Of a stretch of DNA of 16,595 nucleotides, positions 1-8,535 are shown in pieces. The stretch lies in NCBI GenBank assembly GCA_963843575.1, contig CAWJKZ010000007.1, positions 1 to 16,595 of the forward strand, read 5' to 3'. Under the pieces are notes generated by a model. That model had not been told where the DNA came from. It did not search any database and saw only the letters and a program-made list of their open reading frames with translations. This DNA comes from an uncultured Acidobacteriota bacterium. Lineage in GTDB: Bacteria; Acidobacteriota; UBA6911. A program made the position numbers and the translations under genes. The stretch's first letter is position 1. Each line of letters starts with the position of its first letter.

Positions 1-1071
1 TCCGGCGTGGAACACTGGCTGGACCTCAGCTTCACGCTGAAGTCGGACACGGCGTGGGCAAAGAGGGGGCACGAAATCGGTTGGGAGCAATTCAGGCTCT
101 CCGCCCGGAATGCCGGCCCCAGCGTGAGCCTCAGGGCAGCGCCTCCTCTCGCCATTGCAGAAGAAGGCGGGGTGGCCGAACTGAAAGGGCCGGACTTCTC
201 GCTGCGCTTCAGCAAGCGCGACGCGGTCATCACCTCGTACGTGTACAAGGGAACGCCGCTGCTGGAGCGCGGCCCGAAGCCGGATTTCTGGCGCTCACCG
301 ACTGACAACGACACCGGGGCGTGGAAGAACATGCGCCCGTCCGCAGAACCGGACCCGGCGCGCAATCTCAAACTCTGGCGCACTGCAGGCGCGCTGTGGC
401 AGGTGCGGAGCGCCGATATTGTCAGGGTCGACGAGCGCACGGCGAAGATCACGGTCGCAGCCGCGCTTCCCGATGTGAGTGCCTCGGTCTCGATGGTCTA
501 CACGGTGTACGGGAGCGGCGACGTCCTCGTGGAAACGAACTACCGTCCCGGGACCGAGAAGCGGGCGATGATGGCGCGCTTCGGCAACGAACTCGTGGTC
601 GCCCCGGGGCTGGAGAATATTGCGTGGTACGGCCGGGGACCGGTTGAAACCTACGTCGACCGGCAGTTCGAGCGCGTGGGCGTCTACAAGTCCACGGTGG
701 CGCAGGAGTGGGTCGAGTACATGCGGCCGCAGGAAAACGGCAACAAGACCGATGTGCGCTGGGTCGCCTTGACCAACGCCCAGGGCGTCGGGCTGCTCGC
801 CGTGGGCGATCCCACCCTCAGCGTTTCCGCGCGTCACTTTGCCAAGGAAGATATGGAACGCGCCGCTTACACGTTTCAGATGCAGCCGCACCCCGAGACC
901 TTCCTGAACCTTGACTGGAAACAGATGGGAGTCGGCGGCATCGACAGCTGGAGCCCGAACGCCTTGCCCATGCAGGGCTATCGGATTCCCTCGGACAAAC
1001 CATACTCCTATCGCTATCGGCTGACGCCGATCGATGGCGATTTTGCCGCCAGGACGAGGGAATCGTTCTGA
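1..1071 (+). CDS. Beta-galactosidase (GH2, LacZ-type), C-terminal part including the beta-galactosidase small-chain domain; 5'-truncated by the window edge
   Basis: Frame is open from base 1. Motifs FWRSPTDND, WYGRGPVETYVDR, YMRPQENGNKTDVRW and QMGVGGIDSWS are typical of the LacZ/GH2 C-terminal domain. Stop TGA at 1069-1071. Confidence 0.93.
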   Translation, partial: SGVEHWLDLSFTLKSDTAWAKRGHEIGWEQFRLSARNAGPSVSLRAAPPLAIAEEGGVAELKGPDFSLRFSKRDAVITSYVYKGTPLLERGPKPDFWRSPTDNDTGAWKNMRPSAEPDPARNLKLWRTAGALWQVRSADIVRVDERTAKITVAAALPDVSASVSMVYTVYGSGDVLVETNYRPGTEKRAMMARFGNELVVAPGLENIAWYGRGPVETYVDRQFERVGVYKSTVAQEWVEYMRPQENGNKTDVRWVALTNAQGVGLLAVGDPTLSVSARHFAKEDMERAAYTFQMQPHPETFLNLDWKQMGVGGIDSWSPNALPMQGYRIPSDKPYSYRYRLTPIDGDFAARTRESF

Positions 1072-1088
1072 TCCAGGCGAAAATCAAA

Positions 1089-1237
1089 TGATTGTGAAGT
1101 GCGGCGCCTCGGCGCCGCTTTCACTCGTCCTACGGCAGGGATGCCCGGCGCCTCGGCGCCACGCCGAATTGCGGGATGGGACCCTGCGACCTCGGCCTTT
1201 GGTGGCCGCACTCCACAATCAATCGTTGGACAGCCTC
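1089..1237. repeat. Partial or rearranged copy of the MITE-like element at 10299-10454, containing REP-like hairpins
   Basis: 1146-1237 matches the reverse complement of 10299-10400 with 4 substitutions and one 10-bp indel. It ends in TCAATCGTTGGACAGCCTC (1 mismatch to the TIR). TGATTGTGAAGTGCGGC (1089-1105) is inverted to GCCGCACTCCACAATCA (1205-1221). Confidence 0.9.
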
Positions 1238-1247
1238 AGAAGACCAA

Positions 1248-1272
1248 GGGCCGCGGCGAGCCGCCGCGGCCC
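1248..1272. terminator. GC-rich hairpin between convergent genes (terminator or REP-like)
   Basis: GGGCCGCGGCG-AGC-CGCCGCGGCCC forms an 11-bp perfect stem. On the minus strand it reads GTGGGCCGCGG..., a GTGG-led hairpin like the REP at 10205. No clear U-tract. Confidence 0.55.
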
Positions 1273-1280
1273 ACTTCTGC

Positions 1281-2210
1281 TCAGAGGGAGGCGGCGACTT
1301 TCAGCAGGTGCTGCTTGGCAAGTTCGTATTCATTCGCATTAGGCAGGTGTTCGATGATGAGCGGCGCCGGATGTGGCAGCTGCGATAGCCGCGTCAGGTA
1401 AGTCCTGAAATCGAGCCCGCCCGCCCCGGGTCTCACCTCGCGGAAGTAGACGTTCCCCCCGGTTTCCCACGACAGGTCCTTGGCATGGCAGCTGACGATC
1501 CAGGGTCCCAGTTTGTCGAAGCACTCATTGAGCAGGTCGGTGTTCCGGTAGAAGCGTTCCGGCGAGTTGACGATGTTGCAGGGGTCGAGGTGAACGGCAA
1601 ACGCTTCGCGGTCGACGGCCTTGATCAGTTTGAGACACGAATCGGCGCTGTCGGGGATCGTCCAGGGCATCATCTCGTAACAGAACTTCGCACGCTTCGG
1701 CTTGACCGCATCGATGATGGCGCGGGCGTTCTCGACGGCAGCGTCGAAGGCGAGCGGCGAGATGTTGTCGGGGTGCGGCCCGTCCCAGCGGGTCTTGCTG
1801 TAGGACCCCACGATATCGACGCAGCACAGGACCCCGGCGGCGTCGGCCAGGGCGAGTCCATCGGTCACGTCGGCCAGGTTTTTCGCGCGCAGCTTCGGAT
1901 CGGCGTCGAGCAGGTTCACCCAGCGGCCGACCTCGGCGAGCACCACGTCGGCCCGCTGGAAGGCCCGGGTGAGCGCCGCGACGCGGGCGGAATCCTTCAG
2001 CGGGAGGTCGGGGCAGATGGCGGCACGATAGCCGGTCTTCGTGTAGGCGAGGGCGAGTTCTTCCGGATCGTCGGTCTTGAGGAAGACCGGCCCGCCAAGC
2101 CGCAGCGGCTGGCCGGCGGCGTGAGAGGCCATTGGTCGGGACACGCCGGCGGTTGCAGCGGCTGCCGACAGTTTCACGAATTGTCGACGGCTGATCTCGT
2201 GCGGTTTCAT
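1281..2210 (-). CDS. Tat-exported sugar-phosphate isomerase/epimerase (xylose-isomerase-like/AP-endonuclease-2 TIM barrel)
   Basis: Twin-arginine signal SRRQFVK...AHAA-like. Family metal-binding motifs YEMMP, HLDPCN, SCHAKD and IIEHLP. GGAGAG RBS upstream. Confidence 0.88.
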   Translation of the reverse strand: MKPHEISRRQFVKLSAAAATAGVSRPMASHAAGQPLRLGGPVFLKTDDPEELALAYTKTGYRAAICPDLPLKDSARVAALTRAFQRADVVLAEVGRWVNLLDADPKLRAKNLADVTDGLALADAAGVLCCVDIVGSYSKTRWDGPHPDNISPLAFDAAVENARAIIDAVKPKRAKFCYEMMPWTIPDSADSCLKLIKAVDREAFAVHLDPCNIVNSPERFYRNTDLLNECFDKLGPWIVSCHAKDLSWETGGNVYFREVRPGAGGLDFRTYLTRLSQLPHPAPLIIEHLPNANEYELAKQHLLKVAASL

Positions 2211-2237
2211 GCGCTCTCCTTGCGGGTGTGGCCCGCC

Positions 2238-3362
2238 TCAGGTTGTCGTCATCTTGGACGCAGCGTCTCGTGCCGGCGCTCCTTGGCGAATGGGCAAGCG
2301 TATCTCGAAGGTCAGGCCGGCGCCGGGATTCCGGCTCGCGGCGATGGTCGCGCCGTGGTGCTTCAGCAGCTGGTAGGATATCGACAGCCCCAATCCCGTT
2401 CCCCCGGGCTTTGTCGTGAAGAACGGGTCGAATATCTTGTCCAGCTGCTCGTTGTCCATCCCTGCCCCCGTGTCGCGGACAAGGATCTGGATTATATCCG
2501 AGTTTTGGTCGAATGCCGTGTCGACGGACAGTTCTCCCCCTTCGGGCATCGCCTGTATGCCGTTGAGGGCCACGTTGAGCAGCACTTGGCGGATCTGGTC
2601 CCTATCGACGCTCACGATCGGCAATTCCCGGAGATGCGTGACTATCCATACCTTGGACGTCTCCGCTTCCTTTCTGAGCAGCAGGAGCGTCGATTCCACG
2701 GTTTCGTTGAGACGTACCGGTTCGAAAGCGGGGCGCGGGGGGCGCGCGAAGGTCAGGAACTCGGTTATGATCCTGTTTACACGGGCGGTTTCCTCGCGCA
2801 CCACCTGGACGAATTCCCATTTCGGGTGGTCCTCGGGAATCTCGGACTGGAGGATTTCGACCGCTCCCTTGATCGTGGCTAGAGGATTCCGGATTTCGTG
2901 CGCAATCCCGGCGCTCAGCTCTCCAAGGGCTGCCAGCCGGTCGGCCTGCTTCAGGTGCTCGAAGGTGTCCTGAATCTGCTGGTAGGCCTGGCGGAGTTCA
3001 GCGGAGGTCTCCTCCAGCCTGCGCCTCTGCCGTTTTTCCTTCTGCGCCAGCAGGCCGATGATGACCGCCACGACGTGGTACAGGGCGATCTCGGCATACT
3101 GGTTGAAGCTGTAGGAGGGGAGGTGCCCCCAGGCGGTGTGGATGTGGTAGTAGTAGATCGCACTGGTGAGAAAAGCCGCCGCCAGCCCGCCCACGGGGCC
3201 GTACCAGAAGGCCGCCAGGACGATCGGGATGTAGTAGATGCGCTGGTAGATCTCGTGCAGGTAGACGTAGTGCGTGCTGGTCCGGTAGTGGAAGACGGAG
3301 ACCAGGAGGATCAATCCCAGGATCGAGGCAAACCGGATCCTGTCCTTCGCCCTCTCCGTCAC
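2238..3362 (-). CDS. Sensor histidine kinase with an N-terminal multi-TM (DUF4118-like) domain
   Basis: H-box AGIAHEIRNPL, N-box QVLLNVALNGIQAM, G1 DTGAGM, F-box FDPFFTTK, G2 GTGLGL. About 3-4 N-terminal TM segments. The GTG start overlaps the regulator stop (GTGA, 3359-3362). Confidence 0.95.
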   Translation of the reverse strand: MTERAKDRIRFASILGLILLVSVFHYRTSTHYVYLHEIYQRIYYIPIVLAAFWYGPVGGLAAAFLTSAIYYYHIHTAWGHLPSYSFNQYAEIALYHVVAVIIGLLAQKEKRQRRRLEETSAELRQAYQQIQDTFEHLKQADRLAALGELSAGIAHEIRNPLATIKGAVEILQSEIPEDHPKWEFVQVVREETARVNRIITEFLTFARPPRPAFEPVRLNETVESTLLLLRKEAETSKVWIVTHLRELPIVSVDRDQIRQVLLNVALNGIQAMPEGGELSVDTAFDQNSDIIQILVRDTGAGMDNEQLDKIFDPFFTTKPGGTGLGLSISYQLLKHHGATIAASRNPGAGLTFEIRLPIRQGAPARDAASKMTTT

Positions 3363-4792
3363 GGCCGCCGCGTATCCAGCGCGTCGCCCGGTCTAGGCTC
3401 GGCCTCCTCAGCGCCCGCCCGCAGCTCGTACTTCTGCATCCGGTAAATCAGCGTGTTTCGGGTGATCCCGAGATAGCGGGCTGCGCGGGACTGATTCCAG
3501 TTGAACTTCTCGAGGGCCGCGAGCAGGAGGTCCTTTTCCAGTTCCTCGAGCGAGAGCCCCCCGTCGGGCAGTTCCAGCCTCAGGCGGCCGAGCCCCGGCC
3601 CCCGTTCGCGGATTTCCGGCGGGAGGTCGGCCACCGTCACCGTGCCGGCGGTGTTGAAGACGATCAGCCTCTCAACCACATTCTCCAGCTCACGCACGTT
3701 GCCCGGCCACCGGTAGCGCCGCATCTCACCGATGGCTTCCTGGCTGAACGACACCTGCTTGCCGAATTTCTCATTGAAGCGGTCGGCAAAGTGATGGACC
3801 AACAGCGGGATGTCCTCGGGCCGCTGCCGGAGCGGCGGGGTCGTCAGGGGAGCGACCGAAAGCCTGTAGTAGAGGTCGTCGCGAAACTCGCCGTCACGCA
3901 GCATTTTCTGCAGGTCGCGGTTGGTCGCGGCGACGATGCGAACGTCCACCCGCCGGGGCACGGGATCGCCGACGACGTCGATCTCTCGCGCCTGCAGCAC
4001 CCTGAGCAGCTTGACCTGCATGGCCGGCGGCAATTCCCCGACCTCGTCGAGAAAAATGGTTCCCAGGTTGGCGGACTCGAACTTCCCCTTTTTGTCGCTC
4101 ACGGCCCCGGTGAACGCTCCCTTCCTGTAGCCGAACAGCTCGGCTTCGACCAGGTTCTCGGGCAGCGCTCCGCAGTTCACCGTGACGAACGGCTTGTGAG
4201 CGCGCGCGCTATTGTAGTGGATGGCGCGGGCGAGGACCTCCTTGCCGGTGCCGCTCTCGCCCTGGATGAGCACGGTGGTCTCGACCTGCGCGAGATGCTC
4301 CGCCTGCGCGAGCACGCTCTTGAACGAACTCGAGGCCGAAACGACTCCTGCGAAGCTGAACTTCTGCCGGACGGCCTCGGCAAGGACCCGGTTTTCCCTG
4401 ACAAGGTCCGTCATCTTCAGAGCGTTCAGGACGCTCACGCGCAACTCTTCCTTCTCAAACGGCTTCTGCAGGAAATCGAACGCCCCCGCCTTGATCGCGT
4501 CGACGGCCTTGTCGATCGAACCGTGCGCGGTCAGCAGGATGACCGGGATATCCAGGGCCCTCCGGCGGATTTCCTGCAGCAGCTGCAGGCCGTCCATGCC
4601 CGGCATGCGGAGGTCGGAGAGGACGAGGTCCATCTCGCCCCCGTCGATGTGGCCGAGCGCCTCCCCCGCACCGGTCGCGGATATCACCTGGAAGCCTAAT
4701 TCCGCCACCTGGTAGGCGAGTACCCGCAGAAAATTGCGGTCGTCGTCCACAAGCAGGATCCGGGGCTTGTTCACAATGGGGTCATTGTACAT
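3359..4792 (-). CDS. Sigma54-dependent response regulator (NtrC/AtoC/ZraR family)
   Basis: Receiver (LVDDD, SDLRMP, FLQKPF), AAA+ domain (GESGTGKE, intact GAFTGA, FLDEVGE, WPGNVRELEN) and Fis-type HTH (NQSRAARYLGITRNTL). The start may instead be the GTG at 4774. Confidence 0.96.
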   Translation of the reverse strand: MYNDPIVNKPRILLVDDDRNFLRVLAYQVAELGFQVISATGAGEALGHIDGGEMDLVLSDLRMPGMDGLQLLQEIRRRALDIPVILLTAHGSIDKAVDAIKAGAFDFLQKPFEKEELRVSVLNALKMTDLVRENRVLAEAVRQKFSFAGVVSASSSFKSVLAQAEHLAQVETTVLIQGESGTGKEVLARAIHYNSARAHKPFVTVNCGALPENLVEAELFGYRKGAFTGAVSDKKGKFESANLGTIFLDEVGELPPAMQVKLLRVLQAREIDVVGDPVPRRVDVRIVAATNRDLQKMLRDGEFRDDLYYRLSVAPLTTPPLRQRPEDIPLLVHHFADRFNEKFGKQVSFSQEAIGEMRRYRWPGNVRELENVVERLIVFNTAGTVTVADLPPEIRERGPGLGRLRLELPDGGLSLEELEKDLLLAALEKFNWNQSRAARYLGITRNTLIYRMQKYELRAGAEEAEPRPGDALDTRRP

Positions 4793-4793
4793 G

Positions 4794-4824
4794 AATCTGG
4801 AGTGCGGTGCCTCGGCGCCGCTTT
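4794..4824 (+). repeat. Single REP-like palindrome (TGGAGTGCGG family)
   Basis: AATCTGGAGTGCGGTGCCTCGGCGCCGCTTT. Its first 26 nt match the reverse complement of 10386-10411 with one mismatch, and it resembles 1094-1121. Confidence 0.8.
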
Positions 4825-4875
4825 GCGCTCATATCCCCGGCCGGGGCAACCGAAAATCCACCCGCGCTCTTCACA

Positions 4876-4911
4876 CTTATGGTGCTATCGGAATCCTTAT
4901 GGGTTTATAAT
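4876..4911 (+). promoter_or_regulatory. Putative promoter of the TonB-dependent receptor gene
   Basis: Perfect TATAAT at 4906-4911, 55 bp upstream of the ATG. Poor -35. CTTATGG direct repeats at 4876 and 4896. Confidence 0.4.
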
Positions 4912-4965
4912 CGCCGCCATCAATCCCTAGCATCGCGAGCGAGTTCACTTCTCTTGAGGTTTGTC

Positions 4966-7900
4966 ATGAACGTCAAAAGATTGCTACTGGCAGCGATCAT
5001 CTGTATCAATTTGTTCGCTGCGACCGGTTTTTCCCAGAACGTCAGCGCGGTGTTGAGCGGGACGGTCAAGGATGCCGCGGGAGGGGTTATTCCCAACGCC
5101 CAGGTGACCCTGACCAACCAGGCCACGAAAGCCGTCCAGGCATCCGCGACGAACGAATCCGGCATTTTCGTGTTTCCCAGCATCCTGCCGGGAACCTATG
5201 CGTTGTCCGTCTCCACGACGGGATTCCGCACGGTGAGCATGAAAGACATCGCGATTGTGACCAACGAGCACCGTTCGCTGGGCGACATCACGATGCAGGT
5301 GGGGCAGATTGCGGAAAGCGTGGAGATCACGGCTGAAGCCACCCCGGTGCAGACGGCCTCCAGCGAGCGGGCCGGTCTGGTGAGCGGGGATCAGATACTG
5401 AACATCGCCACCAAGGGGCGCGATTTCATCGGGCTGCTGTCGACGCTCCCGGGCATCATCGACACCAACGTCGGGTCCCGCGAAGTGACCATGACGGGCA
5501 ACGTGCTGCAGGGTCTGCACATTAATGGAGGCCGGCAAACCTCGATCATGTACGCCCTGGACGGCATTTCTTCCGTCGACACCGGGTCCAATTCCAGCGT
5601 GCAGAACCAGCCCAACATGGACGCCATCAGCGAGGTCAGCGTGCTGGCGAGCAACTACCAGGCCGAGTACGGCCGGAATAGCGCCGGCACCATCAACGTC
5701 GTAATCAAGGGAGGCACGCAGGCCTTCCACGGCAGTGCCTACTGGTACTACCGGGACAGAAGTCTCAACGCCAATAACTTCTTCTCGAACCGGACAAAAA
5801 CACCGCGGTCCGCCTATCACTTCAATAATGTCGGGTACTCAGTCGGCGGCCCCGTGTACATCCCCGGTAAATTCAACACGAATAAAGACAAGCTCTTTTT
5901 TTTCTTCTCGCAGGAGTTCGTCAGGCGCCGGCTTTATCAGGATCCGAGGTTTGTCACGACCCCAACGGCCCTGGAGCGCGAGGGGGATTTCTCACAGACT
6001 CTGGACGTCAACGGCAAGCTGATCCAGATCAAGGATCCCACGACCGGAAAACAGTTTCCCAACAACGTCATCCCAAGTTCGCGCATCAGCCCGCTCGGGC
6101 AGGCAATCCTGAAGTTTTTCCCTATGCCGAACTACGTGGAAACCGATCCCAACCAGCTCAACCGGCGCAATTACCGAAGCACCGCGAGCGGCAACAATCC
6201 CCGCAGGCAAGAGGTCGTGCGGGTCGACTACAACATTACCCCCACGCTGCGCATGTACTTCCGGGGCATCCGGGACAACGACGACGAGGAGTGGCCGTAT
6301 GGTTCCTGGGTGGCCGGCAACGTGAACTACGACCAGACGAATACCCTGAGGCCGCAGCGCGGGCGTGGCGCCGTCGTCAACGTCACGAAAGTCTTCAGCC
6401 CGAGGACGGTTAACGAGTTCACTTTCGGCGCCACCACGCGCGGCCAGACATTCAACCCCGTCGACCCTGACAAGGTGGCCAGGAGCCGGATGGGCAACAT
6501 CGGGCAGTGGTATCCCGGTTCCAACGAATCCCACGCCATCCCCGACATGACTTTCAGCGGGGTGCAGAACTACATCAACCCTTCGATGGGCAACATCCCG
6601 TACACAAACGAGAACCCGGTATTTGCCTGGACCGACAACTTCAACAGGCTGGTCGGAAGGCATGCCTTGAAATTCGGCATGTACATCGAGCGGATGCGCA
6701 AGGACGAGGTGGGCGGTCCCAATACCCGGGGCTCATTTGCCTTCGGGCGGGACACCAACAATCCGCTGGATACGAATTACGCCTTCTCGAACGCGCTCCT
6801 CGGCGTGTTCCAGAGCTATGCGGAAGGCACCTTCCGGCCCTATTCCCACTACCGCTACACCCAGGTGGAGTGGTACGCGCAGGATTCCTGGAAAGTATCC
6901 AAGAAACTCACGCTGGATTACGGCCTGCGCTTCTACAACGTTCCGGGGGCCCACGACGACCGTTTCAACATCACCACTTTCGATCCTTCGACCTACGACC
7001 TCTCGAAGGCGGCCGTCCTGATCCGCCCGGGTTTTGACGCCGCCAAGAAACGCGTCGGCGTCGATCCCCGCACGGGAAGCATCTACCCGGTCGCCTACAT
7101 CGGCTTGTTCGTACCTGGATCGGGGAATTACGCTCCCGGCATGGTGGTGGGAGGGAAGGGTTTCGCGGCCTCGCTCTACGACGCCCCCGCCGTTTCCTTC
7201 GGCCCCCGTATCGGATTTGCCTACGACCCCTTCGGCAATGGCAAGACTTCGATCCGCGGCGGCGTCGGCATCTTCTACGACCGGCCTCAAGGCAACGTTT
7301 ATTCAGGCACCAACGGCCAGCCGCCCGTGGCCTACACGCCGACCCTCTACTACAGCAGCCTCGACACCTTCCTCCAGGCCAACGGCGCCGTTGGGCCGGG
7401 CAGCGTGAACGCTCCCCAGCCGGGCGAGCAGCAGCTTCCCCGCGTGGCCAACTTCAGCCTCGGCATCCAGCGTGACGTCGGGTACAGCACCGTGGTGGAC
7501 ATTTCCTACGTGGGATCCATCGGGCGTCACCTGCTCTACGCGTGCAACATCAACCCCATCCCGATGTACGCGCACTTTGACCCCGCCAACACCGACCCCA
7601 CCACCGGAAAACCGTTGCCGGACAACTTCCTCAGGCCGTACCTGGGGCAGGGCGACGTAAACGTCCGAAGCTTCGGCGCGACCTCCAACTTCAACTCCCT
7701 CCAAGTCGCGGCCAACAGGCGCATGGCGCGCGGGATCCAGTTCGGCTTCGCCTACACGTTCTCCAGGGCCCTGGGTCTCGGGGAGGGTGACTTCGACGGC
7801 ATGAGTCCCTATTTCGACCTGCGCACGCGGAACTACGGCCTGTTGCCGTTCGACCGCACCCACATGCTGGTCATCAACTACACCTACCAACTGCCCAGCC

Positions 7901-8418
7901 TGGGCAAGAGACTCGGTTCCGCACACCTGGATGCCGTGCTGGGTGGCTGGCAGATCTCCGGCATCACTTCATTCGCTTCCGGGTCGCCCTTCACGCCCGG
8001 CTTCAGCACCGTCGACGGAGCCGACATCACCGGTTCCAGTGAAAGTGCGCGGATCGATCTCATCGGCGATCCCTATCTGCCAAGCGGCGAACGCACGTTC
8101 GCCCGCAACTTCAACACGGACGCATTCGGTCGCCCGGCCGTCCGCACCTTCGGCAACATTGGTGTCCGCACGATGCGTGGGCCCGGCACCAACAACTGGG
8201 ACCTGACGATCTCCAAGAGGGTTCCGTTGGGAGGTGAGACGCGCTACGTGCAGGTTCGGGCGGAACTGTACAACGCGTTCAACCACACTCAGTTCTCGGG
8301 CTACGACACGACAGCCCGCTTCGACGCGGCCGGCAAACAGGTCAACGCCAACTTCGGCGCCTATAACGGGGCGCGCGATCCTCGGCGGATCCAGCTGTCG
8401 ATGCGTCTGATGTTCTGA
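4966..8418 (+). CDS. TonB-dependent receptor-like outer-membrane beta-barrel (Oar-like) with an N-terminal carboxypeptidase-regulatory-like domain, 1150 aa
   Basis: ATG at 4966 with GAGG RBS and signal peptide MNVKRLLLAAIICINLFAATGFSQ. N-domain GTVKDAAGGVIPNAQVTLTN...PGTYALSV. Plug/barrel motifs NYQAEYGRNSAGTINVVIKGGT, YAQDSWKV..KLTLDYGLR and PRIGFAYDPFG. C-terminal Phe. Confidence 0.93.
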   Translation: MNVKRLLLAAIICINLFAATGFSQNVSAVLSGTVKDAAGGVIPNAQVTLTNQATKAVQASATNESGIFVFPSILPGTYALSVSTTGFRTVSMKDIAIVTNEHRSLGDITMQVGQIAESVEITAEATPVQTASSERAGLVSGDQILNIATKGRDFIGLLSTLPGIIDTNVGSREVTMTGNVLQGLHINGGRQTSIMYALDGISSVDTGSNSSVQNQPNMDAISEVSVLASNYQAEYGRNSAGTINVVIKGGTQAFHGSAYWYYRDRSLNANNFFSNRTKTPRSAYHFNNVGYSVGGPVYIPGKFNTNKDKLFFFFSQEFVRRRLYQDPRFVTTPTALEREGDFSQTLDVNGKLIQIKDPTTGKQFPNNVIPSSRISPLGQAILKFFPMPNYVETDPNQLNRRNYRSTASGNNPRRQEVVRVDYNITPTLRMYFRGIRDNDDEEWPYGSWVAGNVNYDQTNTLRPQRGRGAVVNVTKVFSPRTVNEFTFGATTRGQTFNPVDPDKVARSRMGNIGQWYPGSNESHAIPDMTFSGVQNYINPSMGNIPYTNENPVFAWTDNFNRLVGRHALKFGMYIERMRKDEVGGPNTRGSFAFGRDTNNPLDTNYAFSNALLGVFQSYAEGTFRPYSHYRYTQVEWYAQDSWKVSKKLTLDYGLRFYNVPGAHDDRFNITTFDPSTYDLSKAAVLIRPGFDAAKKRVGVDPRTGSIYPVAYIGLFVPGSGNYAPGMVVGGKGFAASLYDAPAVSFGPRIGFAYDPFGNGKTSIRGGVGIFYDRPQGNVYSGTNGQPPVAYTPTLYYSSLDTFLQANGAVGPGSVNAPQPGEQQLPRVANFSLGIQRDVGYSTVVDISYVGSIGRHLLYACNINPIPMYAHFDPANTDPTTGKPLPDNFLRPYLGQGDVNVRSFGATSNFNSLQVAANRRMARGIQFGFAYTFSRALGLGEGDFDGMSPYFDLRTRNYGLLPFDRTHMLVINYTYQLPSLGKRLGSAHLDAVLGGWQISGITSFASGSPFTPGFSTVDGADITGSSESARIDLIGDPYLPSGERTFARNFNTDAFGRPAVRTFGNIGVRTMRGPGTNNWDLTISKRVPLGGETRYVQVRAELYNAFNHTQFSGYDTTARFDAAGKQVNANFGAYNGARDPRRIQLSMRLMF

Positions 8419-8420
8419 GC

Positions 8421-8500
8421 TTCGAGAGATGACTTCGAGCCTTGGGATGAGTCCCAACATTCACCCCAGGGCTCGAAGGGCTCCAAGAGTCTCGAAAAAA
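8421..8500. terminator. Long hairpin between convergent genes, probable bidirectional terminator
   Basis: CTTCGAGCCTTGGGATGA (8433-8450) is inverted to TCACCCCAGGGCTCGAAG (8461-8478), 16/18. Outer TTCGAGA/TCTCGAA pair. Confidence 0.55.
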
Positions 8501-8535
8501 GTGCGACGTGTTTCGCAGTGGATGGCCCTGCAGGA

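Noticed and set aside
1014-1401. Short ORFs at 1014-1401 and 10273-10572 that share peptide similarity (e.g. PPKAxVAGSH.AIRRGAEAP)
   Set aside because: The similarity comes from translating the two copies of the non-coding repeat, not from a real protein family.
1485-2882. 465-aa plus-strand ORF
   Set aside because: It is antisense to the isomerase and kinase genes and has no recognisable motifs. It is a typical shadow ORF of GC-rich coding DNA.
4807-4965. N-terminal extension of the receptor ORF in the ORF track
   Set aside because: It starts inside a REP and runs through the promoter. The RBS and signal peptide support ATG 4966. The extensions at 13846-13953 (DoxX) and 13935-13994 (cytochrome) were dropped for the same kind of reason.
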